Origin: Alloascoidea hylecoeti
Lineage: Eukaryota
Direction of reading: 5' to 3'
Assembly (NCBI GenBank): GCA_001600815.1
Contig: BCKZ01000041.1
Location: 44,685 to 64,684 of the forward strand
Length of the DNA stretch: 20,000 nucleotides
This document shows positions 19,522 to 20,000 of the stretch, one piece after another (the stretch's first letter is position 1; every line of letters starts with the position of its first letter). The position numbers were made by a program, and so were the translations under genes. Under the pieces are notes generated by a model. It ran no database searches, was not told the origin of the DNA, and saw nothing but the letters and a program-made list of their open reading frames with translations.

Positions 19522-20000
19522 TTATTACTATTGCTGTTTGTATTGTTATCATTATTATAGCTCAGGGATTCTAGATCTATGCGGTTTAAATGATATCCAT
19601 ATATTAAAGCAAGTCATCTTATCGATAAATGGTTAAATATTTCCATGAAAATATAAACATCTATGTCCTTGATCTATTATGAAAGTAAAATTATTATATT
19701 ATCTTTATTAGAACCTTGATAATTAGAATCTTGCACCGTTGGAAAAATCTGAAAAGTTTACCATAGTTAAGAACACCAATTTACTCAGAAACAGTGAAAT
19801 ATGCAAAATTCTCAATTTAACAAGGATGTTTTGATTAAAATGCAAGGATATTTTAATGAAACTGTGATTATCTGCAAGAGCTTTCCAAATGGAGCCAATA
19901 AATCACTTTCAGATGCAGTGGTAAGGTAAATTAGTGCGAGAGTACGTAAATGGAGTGCTATCCGGGGAATTTCCCCCTACTCTTTGCGGCATTCGGCATT

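Noticed and set aside
1..20000. CRISPR array, rRNA, tRNA or intact transposase/reverse transcriptase genes
   Set aside because: No regularly spaced repeats, RNA gene signatures or recognisable RT, integrase or DDE motifs were seen.

Overview
AT-rich eukaryotic DNA that looks like a budding-yeast accessory, possibly subtelomeric, region. Most of the window is a repeatedly duplicated head-to-head module. One partner is a short uncharacterised gene (N-terminus MA[TI]DPTP.YNKDLHP.EEW..WY..NE.E; five copies: 1126-1698, 5570-6123 pseudogene, 6643-7065, 8614-9258, 19000-19521). Each copy carries a conserved ~55-bp upstream block. The other partner is a long (~2.6-3 kb) ORF on the opposite strand that is decayed in every copy (<1-~960, ~2050-4640, ~7590-7980, ~9760-9840, ~15430-18500), so the ORF track shows only scraps of it. 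Embedded in the array are a DCW1/DFG5-type GH76 gene lacking the usual GPI tail (10458-11657), a Ctr1-ectodomain-like Met-rich small protein preceded by an inverted pair of Mac1 copper-response elements (13492-14329), and several ~300-bp solo-LTR-like repeats. All alignments were made by eye and pseudogene boundaries are approximate.
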